A stretch of 62,839 bases of DNA, filler included, from Choristocarpus tenellus KU-1152 (Eukaryota > Protista > Phaeophyceae), in the NCBI GenBank assembly GCA_964200185.2. It is 11 parts of 11 records of this genome, joined end to end, with 100 filler letters (N's around TTAATTAATTAA, not from the genome) between each part and the next. Parts side by side here need not be neighbours in the genome. Positions count along the whole stretch, not along the records: positions 34,466 to 37,178 come from CAXNAD020025382.1; positions 37,279 to 43,332 come from CAXNAD020009060.1; positions 43,433 to 48,127 come from CAXNAD020013433.1; 8 more parts are not named here. One strand, 5' to 3'. Both the position numbers and the translations under genes were made by a program. Each line of letters begins with the position of its first letter. Within the stretch, counting starts at the first letter, position 1. Below the pieces are notes generated by a model. That model saw only the letters and a list, made by a program, of their open reading frames with translations. It was not told the DNA's origin and searched no databases. Shown in pieces: positions 36,226 to 48,127 of this stretch.

Positions 36226-37178
36226 ATGCATGCCATGTTTGGGCGGGGCCTACTGTTGGGCTGTCGCACCGTCACCAACTACTGCATTCAGCCATGTGCG
36301 AAAAAGAAGTCAAGGTTATCGGATCCCACCAGACTTGTTGATGTCTATGTCTTCAATCGAAGCCCCAGTCAGCACCCTCTCTCCAGTTCAACAACCATCT
36401 CGGACAACGAAAGTGTACTAGTCAAGGGGCAAGGTTCGATAGTTCAGTCTTCATGTCATCGCAACTTCTCGTTCAGGGGAGGGGGTGATCTTGAGGAGTA
36501 CAAACTGGGAAACGGGGAGCAGGTCTACGGTAGTAGAATGTCGCCTGTACAGAAGAAAGCTTATCAGAAGGTAATGGCGGATATTCAATATTCGCGTAAA
36601 AAGAGAAAATGGCAGCATGTCCTTCGGCTGTTAGGAGAGGCCAAGTCCTGTGGTTTATCCGTCAACACGAGACTATATAACGAATGCATCAAATCTATGG
36701 CAGAAGCTGCCAAAAAATACAATCGTACGCTGAATCGTTGGGAAAATACGGTCACAAGGCAGTATGGCGACACACCGTGGAAAGCTGCAGTATTCATTTT
36801 GAAGGAGATGAAGGCTGGAGGAACTGTCCCCAATGTCATCACGTACAACTCATGCATCACTGCATGCGGGCGTGGAAAGCAATGGAAGACTGCCCTTTCT
36901 CTGCTTGGGGAGATGAAGGCGAATGGTGTTGTCCCCAATGTCATCACGTACAACTCATGCATCACAGCATGTGGGCATGGGAAGCAATGGAAGGCTGCAC
37001 TCTCTCTGCTTGAGGAGATGAAGGCTAATGGTGTTGTCCCCAATGTCATCACGTACAACTCATGCATCACAGCATGTGGAGGTGCAGGGCAATGGGAGGC
37101 CGCACTTTCTCTGCTTGAGGAGATGAAGGCTAATGGTGTTGTCCCCGATGTCATCACGTACAGCTCATGCATCACAGC
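36226..37178 (+). CDS. Pentatricopeptide repeat (P-type PPR) protein, intronless, 3'-truncated
   Basis: 35-aa repeats PNVITYNSCITACGxGKQWKxALSLLxEMKANGVV at exact 105-bp spacing (36826, 36931, 37036, 37141); basic N-terminus may be an organellar presequence. Confidence 0.93.
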
Positions 37179-38167
37179 NNNNNNNNNNNNNNNNNNNNNN
37201 NNNNNNNNNNNNNNNNNNNNNNTTAATTAATTAANNNNNNNNNNNNNNNNNNNNNNNNNNNNNNNNNNNNNNNNNNNNGGGGGGGGGGGGGGGGGGGAAG
37301 TGGCAATTTTTGTCAGCCCATTAACCCCCCCCCCCCCCCATGCCTCACCTGAACCTTTGTTTTTGTTTCTGTTCCGCAGTCTGTGTACGAGATTCTGTAT
37401 CGATTTTGTTTCTTTTGACTGTGGGTGCTGGAACATTTACAACTTAGTGTGTTGGAAGGAGTGCTGTGCAGGTTGATGGAGAGGATATTTAACGCCTGCC
37501 TGAAGTAGAGTCTTACTTGAATGTGTATGTGCGTTTGTTAGATTATTGGAAGGGACTTGTAACACCTTTACTTTTCCCTTTGAGAACTTTTTTTTTTTTT
37601 GTACAAACAAATGTAAAGACTACTACTAGAATATAAGCTTGGATATTCTTATTTCCATGGAGGAAACCAATTGCCACAACACTTTTGATCCTTCCTGCAA
37701 CTGAAGATGTGATGCCTGGTCAACTCGGACCAAATACTTGCCTCTCAATGGGTGTTTGTTCATTATTGTTAAGGCCAAGCTAGAACCTGTTGTGACTTTC
37801 ACTTCAACACAGATTCGTGTGCTGTCTGTTACCTAGTGAAACATGGTATCTTTTTTTGTTCAAGGATCTGTCCATTCTTCATTAATCGGTATCCTGTCTA
37901 TCTTCTTCTGACTTAACCTTTCCCCATAGATAGAGAACTGTCTGACTCACTCACCAACACCAAATCACCTGATTCGACCCTTGTTCAGGGTTCCAGCGGC
38001 CGAAATGTTGGATACCTGTACTTCTTTACGACTCTACTCGTCTTCCATGCCTCATGGGACCTATTGGACTGCCCTAACATGAGACCACACCTACCCAGTA
38101 CTTCCCTATGAAGCAACTCTTTGCCCCGATAAAATGTGCTTTGTCTGTGTTCCTTGAAATAATAGGT

Positions 38168-38425
38168 TAGTCAAAGCATTTAAGAGGGTAGGACCGCGTC
38201 CGTTCGGGATTATTAATTCAATGTTGTGATTTTGATGAATTTTGTTTTTCGTATTTGTGAGCAAGTGTCAATATCCTTGCTCTGGACACACCTTTCATAG
38301 TCGTATACATTTTAGGTAACTGTGTTCACACAGAAAACCGATGAAGGCCCTGAAAAATCTGTGGGAAGCCAGGCCCTGAGCGGACAAACAGGGCAAAACT
38401 TCTACCCTCTTAAATACTTTAGGTC
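38168..38425. mobile_element. Family A MITE with 4-bp TSD AGGT
   Basis: AGGT|TAGTCAAAGCATTTAAGAGGGTAG...CTACCCTCTTAAATACTTTAGGTC|AGGT. Confidence 0.9.
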
Positions 38426-38469
38426 AGGTCCCCGTGTCAGCAAAGCGTGGTAGAATGAGAGAGGAGAGC

Positions 38470-38565
38470 AGAAGCGGTACTCACGGAAGGTCTTAGACTA
38501 CAAAGCACCTTATTGGAGAGTGCTCGGAGAATACGACGATTGTGAAGAGCTCAATAAGTCGTAGA
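38470..38565 (+). pseudogene. Decayed Tudor/SH3-like fragment, probably transposon-derived
   Basis: YSRKVLDYKAPYWRVLGEYDDCEELNKS* resembles KVxDxxxPYWRVxYxDGDxEEL motifs. Confidence 0.35.
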
Positions 38566-40281
38566 GATATCCCATATTTTGTAACAGCAAGCGAGGGGAA
38601 GACAAAGCAAATGCTATGGAGATTGCAAGGGAAGGGGAGGTTGTCGCATATGGATCCAAGAGGATTATACCTTTTATTATTTGTAGTACAGCTACTTTAA
38701 AGGGACAGTTGTGACAATTGCACTACTTTGTTCGTTCAAGATGAGGGATGAATCTGTTGTTAACAGTAACCATATTTTGCGTGATTGTGTTACGCTTGTG
38801 TTCATGTATGTGTGTGTTTGTATGTCCTGATCTAGGTTTGAGTTCTGGTTTTGAAATTTCGGTTGTGGTTGTTCCTTTGACTTCACAGTATGGTTGTGAT
38901 TTGGATATGATGACAGTACAGTAGTTTGTTATGGTTTTACCTATTCTTTATATCGACTCCGAAAAATATTTTTATATTACGTAGCCAGTACAGGTCTGTG
39001 GGTGATTTCAACAACTCCAGGTCACTATCCGGGCTAGTGCCAGCATGTTACAACAGGGCTGGTCAAGGTCAAGCGCGAGCTTTTGACCTTGGCCATGCCA
39101 ACTTCCTGGTCCAATGAAGAGTCCTGCCTAGAATAATTCAGCAAAGGCTCTCTCTGCAATTATAGTACAAAATGAAATATTTTTTCGCTTTCTGAGAGTC
39201 CTTCAAAACGCAGCCCGGCAAACCCTTTTTCTGGTTTGGCTTAATGCATCATCACAGTACAAAATAGTAGTTTGCAATAGGGACATGAGAATACTTGGTG
39301 TTGGTTAAGAGAAAATATCAGAAATAGAAGTACAAAATTGTACCCTTCCACCCCCTCCCCCTGAACCCCTTGATTTTGCATATCTCCCTCCTCATCAGTG
39401 TGAAGTTTTCGTGTCTGTTGTCATCGAACAGTAGGAAATTGCCCTGCTCCTCCCTTTCTGGACCATCTGATGAGTGCCACTGTGGAAAGTCCCTGCCATA
39501 TATATATATTTCCTCTCTGCCTGCCGGGCACAACTATTAACACCAAACTGCCTGCCCAATTTTCATACCACCTAACAGGCGTTGATCTCTGCAGCAGAGG
39601 AGAAGAGGCGGAGTGAGGCAGAGTCAGCCAAGATAAGAAAATAGTCAAATGAAAACATTGAAGGCGAAGGAGGGTGTCGTAGTGCTTATCCAGGTGCAAG
39701 AAACGGATAATGGATAGAGTTAAAAGACGTGGCAGTCATCACTAGAATGAGTTGAGTTTTTACCCAGCAGGGGAAAGGAAGGGGAAAACTGAGCAGCCAC
39801 CTGGAATTCATCATGCGATCACAACAATTTTGTATATACTACTTCTCTCAAACCCCCTTGCAGACATGAGCCCTGGTCGCTTGGAGTGCCAGATCTAAGT
39901 TGCCCTGTGCCACATTTTTCATTCACTCACCTTCTTCCCAATAATAATAGGTGATCGACCTGCTCTACCTAACTATATTCTGGACACCCCCTCCCTCTTT
40001 GTCCCCACAACTCCTGCCCCACGCTCCCCTCACAACTCTTGTACATGGCAGTCCCTTAATCGCTAACTGACGAAGTGCATTTGCAAGGTACGCAATAGGA
40101 TTTGCTCCTCCTTCCAGAAAAGACTAGATTGCATCTACTCCATCAACAATAATATAGACCGTAAGAGTGTCGTAAACACGATTCTGACGGGAGTGTCTAA
40201 TTGCTGGGCTACCTGGGGATGATGTTGGTATAGCTCCTCAGTATAATCACCGTTGTCCTTGGCACTATCGGTATTGTCATC

Positions 40282-40541
40282 GAGTCAAAGTAAACGAGTG
40301 GTACCCAGAGTTGCATGATAAGCATGTTGACAAGTATGTCAAAAAGTCGGCTTAAAAAAAAAAAAGTGGAGGAATATTTTCTGGATTGTGTCGGAAAAGT
40401 TCAAACAATGGAGAAATAATACGCTTTCAAATCAAACATAAAACTTTATCCCTAGAAATATAGATGAATCCCAATAGCTTAAAAAAATACATAAAATCTA
40501 AAAACGAACAAAACATGGAGACCTCTCGTTTTCTTTAGTTC
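40282..40541. mobile_element. Family B MITE, flanked by ATC/ATC
   Basis: GAGTCAAAGTAAACGAG...CTCGTTTTCTTTAGTTC. Confidence 0.8.
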
Positions 40542-41261
40542 ATCATTGTTGACACACGCTTACGCCAGGAATGAGTACCAACTCCACAAACGAGTTGTAA
40601 GTATTCAGGTCGAAAGGGATGCAAGACTGCAATGCAGGGGCAAATTTTAGCACCATGCCAGAGAAGTGAAGTGAGGGTGTGACAAAATTTGACGTATTAT
40701 GGAACTCAAGTTGTCCTTGTTTTAGTTAGTGAGAGAGTGATTACTTCGTCAACGCCACACATTACTGTACTCTAATGTGTGGGGGAAGAATTCCTGATCG
40801 GATTACTGATATCCTCCCAATAAATCGACCTTGAACCCTCCCACCTCATATCAGAGCAGTAGTTTGTGGCATCAACAATTCACTTCTTTCTCTGTCAATT
40901 ATGCTCACTTGGGGGTTCCCTCCATCTACTCCATCACCCTCCATTCACACACGCAACCGCACACTGGAGCAATAATGTAAAATCGAAAGGCTGCTAACTG
41001 GATAAGCTTAACTGGAGCTCTTCAAATAGTCCGATATTGAAAAACCCCAAGTACATCCCCATCTCTGGCCTCCTGTGAATCCTTTTGAAAAGTTCAGCCC
41101 TGCTTTTTTGCATTGGTCACTCTTTGCATCTTTTGCAGTGACTCTGTCGGTTTATCCTTGCCTCGTATGAGCAGATGCCAATGAGATGGGAGATAATGAG
41201 GATCCTCCCAAGGAGGATGCTGATTTTTCCAGGTATGATATTAATGCTCATCATCCAAAAT

Positions 41262-41518
41262 TAGTCAGAGTAAACGAGAGGTACCCAGAGTTGCATTTGA
41301 AGGATGCTGAAAAATATTTGCGAAATTCAGCTTTTAGAAAAAATGCGTACAGGACATGTCTGAAATTCTGTCGAAAGTCCCAAACATTAGAGAAATCAAT
41401 GCTCTCAAGTTGAACTTAGCACTTCATCCATAGAAATATGGGTGAATTGCACAAGATTGAAAAACTGACTTAGAATGCAAACAGCCAAAACCTGGGTACC
41501 TCTCGTTTACTTCGGCTC
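41262..41518. mobile_element. Family B MITE with 4-bp TSD AAAT
   Basis: AAAT|TAGTCAGAGTAAACGAGAGGTACCCAG...CTGGGTACCTCTCGTTTACTTCGGCTC|AAAT. Confidence 0.9.
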
Positions 41519-41650
41519 AAATGTCAATCTTGGACTCTCAGCCCTGTTGCGTTTCCGAGACTTGGGGCGTAGCCGAAATTAGACACACTACAATCCTTTC
41601 GGGGAACAACACATACTGCAGGCTTTACCGCGGCAGTTGACTTGTTGATG

Positions 41651-41900
41651 GAGTGAAAGTATCTTAGAGGGTACGAGTTTTTCCCTGTTTGTCCGGGCTT
41701 GACTTCCCACGTTTTTTAAATTATATTTTCCTACTCCAAAATGTTTCGGAGTAGGTAAAATGTATACGTTAGGAAAAGGTGTGTCCAGAACAAGAATATT
41801 GACACTTCCTAACAAACATGATAGCCAAATTGGATCAAAATCGCAACATTGGATTCAGACCCCAAACGGACACGACCTACCGTCTAAGATACTTTGACTC
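41651..41900. mobile_element. Family A MITE
   Basis: GAGTGAAAGTATCTTAGA...TCTAAGATACTTTGACTC; colinear with the 13300 copy. Confidence 0.9.
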
Positions 41901-42214
41901 GTGGCGAAGGGCTTCCTTACATACCACTGAAATAAGGGGGAGGGATGGACGGGGTCAGTGGGTGCATTAATTGGGATGATTATTTAGGGCAGGCCAATCA
42001 ACTGCTGGGGTGGCAGGGGGATGGAAGAACCGAAAGAGTATTATGGAGCTTCCGACGTCTAAAAGTGCAAGCAACGAGGGCTTGGGTCTGGACAAGAGAA
42101 GTACCGCACAATGGTTACTGCTACCATGCTTCTCCTTGGTGACGGGCGAGTAGGAGGTAGACTCCTGAACGCAACTCCCTGCACTTTATCTTCTTCTGGA
42201 TGTCACAGCGTATA

Positions 42215-42768
42215 CTTGTTATTTAGGATGAGCTTTTATTATTGGAGTCGTTTCCCCCCGCACCAAAATGCACAAATATATTCTTCACGAAAATACTTAA
42301 CGGGTCATTTCTCCTCAATATGCGAAATATTAGTCGTTCTTAACCTGACTCGAAAGTTATTTTCTTGCCTCAACATACATTAGGTAAACCAGTTTAGATA
42401 CGAAATTCAAACACTGCCTCACCCCATCAGCCTGAATTTTTCCGGACTACAGTTACAGTTTTCAGCGAGGAAGTATGATCACGTAGTTACGACTTTCCTC
42501 GTGGGAGCTATTCCATGAGTTCTCTTCGGCTAGTCCCTCGTCAGAGGCAGGCCAGGGACCACCACCAGAAGAGAGCAATATATTGGACGCTGGGAACATG
42601 GCGAACGATGTGAAAGCCCGCCACATTGATTGCACCCCCCACGACTGACATTTTGCATAGTGTGGAGAAATGGCCCACGAAATTTGTTCGTTAATAATAT
42701 ATTTGTGCATTTTGGTGTGGGAAAAAATGGGCTACCATCCTAAAAAAAAACTCATCTTAAATAAGTAG
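42215..42768. mobile_element. Foldback-type element with ~120-bp diverged inverted arms
   Basis: 42215-42336 (TTATTTAGGATGAG..CACCAAAATGCACAAATATATT..CATTTCTCC..AGTCG) mirrors 42642-42768. Confidence 0.7.
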
Positions 42769-43432
42769 TTAATTTTGTTTTGTAGTGGCGAAAGTTGTGT
42801 CGTACAGCCAAGGGTCTATTGTGTGTCTCCCAAGTAAGGGTTGCCATAATAGTCGCCTTTCTGGGAAGACAAGGCCAAAGAACAGCATCAGGTGCCAATG
42901 GGAGAGGAGGTTAAACAAGTGATGCAGCTGTGTGACTACAACATCTGATAAAGAGAGTTGATGAAAGGGTGTGAAGTCACAGCGAGGAATAAGAATGCAC
43001 CCCCAAGGTAGGGTTAGCAGGATAGTAAACACAGAATAATCCACAAGCAGTACATATTCGAGGCGAAGTTTGAGGTCAACACTCTCCAAAGCACAACCCA
43101 ACAAGGGTGTGAACTGCTGGTGCGTGCACGATGGGATAACCAGAAACTTTGAAAATGTGATCTCTCAAGGCACTTAGCAGGGTAGCAAATAGTGTAGAAG
43201 CTGTGTATATGTATCGATGTCCAGCATCAAGATTTCGCTGTTTGTATCGCCGAGGCCTGCAAGCACATCCACTATACAAGGATCCTCTCACCCTCGCAGT
43301 TTTAGGGGTCAAAGTATCTGGGGGGGGGTGTCNNNNNNNNNNNNNNNNNNNNNNNNNNNNNNNNNNNNNNNNNNNNTTAATTAATTAANNNNNNNNNNNN
43401 NNNNNNNNNNNNNNNNNNNNNNNNNNNNNNNN

Positions 43433-43498
43433 AAATCGCGACATGAAAAAATTGACCCCAAATGGACAGCCGCCACCCCCTCTCAGATACTTTGAGCC
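43433..43498. mobile_element. MITE end fragment at contig start (a matching start fragment lies at 43306-43332 on the previous contig)
   Basis: AAATCGCGACAT..CCCCAAATGGAC..CTCTCAGATACTTTGAGCC. Confidence 0.7.
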
Positions 43499-43849
43499 AG
43501 AGTCTCAATTTTTGCACAGTTGGCACAGTAATCATACATCTAGTTTTTATAGGGGCGTCTTTGTAGGATAGTATGTGATAGGTGCATTCTCATTTGCTAA
43601 ATTCAATACAATGTAGGAGGGATGGACGGTGATGGGGGGAGTGATTCTTCATGTACTGGACCTTGTTGAATAACCTAGTGTTATCCTTGCGTTATCTGTG
43701 CTAATAAAAGTGTATAACGTAGGTTATATGTACGTTATATTTAGTTCGGTACAATACAAAGTAGGAACGTGCATAAAAAGATAGTAAGTCAACGTTCATT
43801 CACTCGTCAGTGATAATGGATGGCTGGCAGGCAATCAATGATTCAGTAT

Positions 43850-44830
43850 ATGCCTTATCATGTAACTCAACTACTAGCTTTCGGCGACGAGCCTTTACAT
43901 GCACCAAGTTCTTCAACAGACCTGAAGAAATGTCAATTTCATACAACCGTCTAAGAGGACCTCTCGAGTTCAGCCTTGAGCATTCGGATATTAAGCTCAA
44001 GTGATACACCTGAGGACCTGTCACAGAGCACTGGGTTGTATTTGGAGAAACAACTCAACTTTTTCAGGACTTTCAGGTGATCTCAGCAGTGATAGCAGCT
44101 TCGTATCTGATGGTGTCTGTCTCCAAGTTAACAAACTTGATTGTCCGCTTGCAGTTGTGATTTATAGTGGATCCGCATGATCTATTCGATCTTCCTGGAA
44201 GGTTTAAAAGGCACATGGTGTTCGTCTTCAGCTCTGACATGGATAGACCGAATGACCTGGCCACCTTCACTATCGCTGTCATCGTCCTGGTTAAAACTCC
44301 TTGAGTCCTAGAAGCAATGTCTGCATCTTCAGCATAAAAAGCATACTCCACAGGAGCCGCTCAAGTCTCATTCACTTCTTGTTGCTCTTTCTCCGACCAG
44401 GTTGTTAATGCTGGTTCTCTTAAATTGCAGTAAGGTGTGCTTGGAGATGGTCAGATCAGAGGTAAACTCTTTAACTGCTACACTTCGCGCTGTGGCGAAA
44501 ATATATTGAATATGATGAAAAGAAAAACGCACCCTTGCCGAGGGCCCTGTCCAACATCAAACCAGTCTGTGCATTCTCCATCACCCACGTGAATGAATGC
44601 CCTCAATCCATCATGGAGTTTTGGGATGACTCAAATAATCTTCTCAGGCATTCCAAACTTGGCAAAGTACAATCCATAGGAGATCTCGGTCAACCTATGC
44701 TTTTGTAGGTCAATGAAACACTAACAGTGGTAAATGCTTTTCCTGCCCTCCTGAAAGGGCAATTAGGGTGTATACCATGTCCACTGTGGAGAGTCAAGGA
44801 CAGAAACCACTCTGTTCCCCCTTGAGTATG
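43850..44830 (-). mobile_element. Decayed RTE-like LINE reverse transcriptase fragment
   Basis: FIDLQKA..VDR.LLW..LAKFGMPEK, LHDGLRA, DWFDVGQG.RQGC and FYAEDADIASRTQGVLTRTMTAIVKVARSFGLSMSELKT (degenerate YADD) in order, with frameshifts. Confidence 0.85.
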
Positions 44831-47800
44831 TTCTCGTGTGATTCAAGAGATGTGCAACCATATCCCAAAAAACAGTTCATTTCCTTAGGGTGGTAGGTGT
44901 CATGCGACGAAAAAGGTGAGGATGATATTGCGATTGGCTATACCTCTGGCTAGGTTTAGAGCTCTTGGGTGTCCTTGCTACAAATTTTGGTCATCCTTCT
45001 CACCCCAAATAAGTGCCCTTACGAAGTTCAAGAAACTGTACGTGGGTTTCAAAATTTCATATATTAAAACACCCCAAAAAACTAAGAGGAAAGAGAAACT
45101 GAGTGACATTTATCTAAATGGCTCTCAGAGGAATCCATCAACACCAAAATTCTTCCAATATAAAACTGTTTTCGATTATCCAAAGTCCTCCTCACTTGCC
45201 TAACTAATTAATATTACTATGACCATTCTTGAGGCTTGATGATGGTCGTGGAGGCTTTTTCCTGTATGATTTTAACGGGTTGGAATTTCAATGACATCGG
45301 ACTTATTTCGTCAGAAAAAAATATTCCAATTCTACGTACCTACTACTGTAGATTGTAAATATATGTGTGTACTATCATCCCATGTATCTTTGTAACACAA
45401 AAAAAAGTAGGACACCCAAACTAAGTACCAACGCTTCCCATTACAAAGCGATGTCGAGCTGGGTATTTCTTCACCATAAAATTCAAGGGAGAAGGCGGAG
45501 GAGCTGGTGGTGTAACTGAACCCAACATGGATAAAGCAAGGAGGGCACAGAGCCAGTCAGAGCCAGTGCAACAATTATAGTAAGTATAAAACCACTACAT
45601 AGTATTGTGATAATGATAATTATTTTGTGTTCGATTTAAGTAGTTCACCTCACAGCTCTTCAAAAACGGTTCAGAAAAAAAATACGAAGAAAAAATAAGA
45701 ATATGACGATAAAGAGTAGAGTGAGAGCAGAATGAAAGCAACCATTTGTTTAGACCTTTACACCCACAAAAGCCAACCCACTCCTCTCACAGTTCGCATT
45801 TTTTTGATTTTTTGCTGTGACTGTGCATCACCAATAATTTGAATTAACAACAATGTGGAAGTAAGAGGAGAGGAGATTGAGTTTCGATTATATCATGGTA
45901 CACATAACTTTGAGTGCTATTGGTTCGATCATATGCTTTTTGCACAGGCAGGCACAGATCTCCCCTGACATATCCCACCTCTCCTACTCAGGTACAACAC
46001 GTCCTTGTTACAGGCGCAGCCTCCCCTGTGCCTTTCCTTCTCTTGGTGCTGCTGGAGTACCATGGCTGCTAGCTGATGGAGCTTTTCCTGTTTCCCCCGA
46101 GGCACAACTACTTGCGCCAACCCTTTTCCCTCTGCTTCTTCCTGGTGCTGCTGAGCACTGTGGCAACTTAGAAACAGGTGTTATCCTCTCTTTTCTCCTC
46201 AGCACAATCCCCCGCTATTCCTTTCCTCCTGGGACTCCTGGAGCACTGTGGCTAATCTCCAGGCAGGATTCTGGAAATGCAAATTGATTGTCCAGCTCAC
46301 CGTCTTGTGAAATAGTGCGCAATAACAAGGACGGGGCGCACACTATCAAATGGGACATGGGCTTTGTTTGAGGGTTTCCTATAATTACACTCCCAAGAAG
46401 CATTCGCAAAACATAGACGATGCTTCTTCCCACCTCAAAAAATATTCTAAGAGGTCCTGCATCTTCTTGCTATTTGATTTATGGTACGATGATATGCAAA
46501 CAACGACCTAGGAACTCACATACCCAGGACTTTGGTTGAAGGTTTAAGGGTCCCGATAATCGCGCGCAAAAAACGTCAGCTGCAGTTGGTATCACGTGAG
46601 AGAGGACGTCTCTTGGAGTTTATCACCCCTGAGAACAATAGTGATGATGTGTATATTTTCATGGAAAATATACTACTGAATGTGACGATGTGTGCACTTG
46701 CTAAAATTATATCCCTTCCACAGGACGAACCAGAGTGGGGGTTTCATCATCGGGTTGCTCGTGAAGAGTAGGCTTTGTTGTAGGTGTGTCAATGCCAGCA
46801 ATCCATCAGGCACAGCTCTAGTGCAGGTCAAAATGAAGGGTTCTTCCCCCCACAACCTGATAGGTGAACACCACTTGGTACAACGAATTGACACCTATGT
46901 CTGTAAAAAAATTACCTCATCCCTTCGTCACCTAGGCACAACTTCAATTAGTGAGTGTATTCATTGTCACCGTTACTGTAAGTTACACTTCTAGAAACAT
47001 GTTCTTGAGATATGTTTAGCGAGCTTGACAATATGTATACTCACTAAATAGTGTTTTAGAATACCTAGAAAGATAGCTTCTGAGCCGACTTCTTGCACCT
47101 ACCCACTATTTTTGTGTTGTGAAAGGTGTTAAAGTCACCATGCCATGACCCAAAAATATATTTTATAGCATGTATGTATAAAAATAAGGATAGTCGGTAT
47201 TAAAAAGTCCATTTGGCAAGCGAGAACTATGGTTGCGCACCACCTCTTGTATGTATCATGTTTGTCAACATTCCACCCCCAAGCAGCGGAAAAACTAAAT
47301 CATGGTGGCAAGGCCTCATAGTGGAGGGATATCACTGAGGCAAGTACTACACTGAATGAGGAAGGAGGTGGAGCAACGAGCGGTGGGATGACTGAACACA
47401 ACACGGGAAAAGAAACGCATGAACGGAGGCAGTAAATTATTTTGTCATCCCTGCGCAACAGTTAGGTAGTATAAATAATATTTGCATGTAGTAGCGTGAG
47501 TGTAGTGCCTATGACCAGTTGGGCTACTCTACAGTGCAAAGTGGAAATACAATTGATCACAACAACAATATATAGTAAGAAATATACATGTTGTACAATC
47601 ACACGACTGATTACGTTTTCTTTCCAATCATGTCTTACTCCACACAAGTTGGGTTCAGTCATCTCACGTCCGTTTATCCCTCCACCTCCTCTCTTGAATC
47701 TTCTTGTGCTGGACCTAGCTAGCATCGCTCGACACTTAAGTCTTGCCACATCGTTTCAGGTTTTCCCTGTGTTTTTCGTGGAATAATAGATGCATAGTAA

Positions 47801-48060
47801 GGACAAATACAAACTACAAACGGGATGTACAATCCATATTGGTCGCAACTTGGACCCTTGATGATTGAAACCATAATTCAGTGAAATTCAACTGAAATGT
47901 GGAAGGGGTTCAAACGTTCAAACCCGTCAAAATCATACACGGACCAGATTTCCCTCAAACGAAATCTGGTGTTGGAGAGGTTCAAACGTTTGAAAGCAAA
48001 ATAGAGGATATTAAAGTCAATGTTGTGTCACGGTACAAATATGTAACACATACACATATT

Positions 48061-48127
48061 GAGCCAAAGTATCTTAGAGGGTAGAGCCGCGTCCATTTGG
48101 GGGGCCAAAAGCCAATGTTGCAATTTG
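48061..48127. mobile_element. Family A MITE start, cut by contig end
   Basis: GAGCCAAAGTATCTTAGAGGGTAGAGCCGCGTCCATTTGG. Confidence 0.85.

Noticed and set aside
37960-38015. Hammerhead/Penelope-like CTGA...GAAA motif (also ~39467)
   Set aside because: Core is not CTGANGA, or stem II cannot pair.
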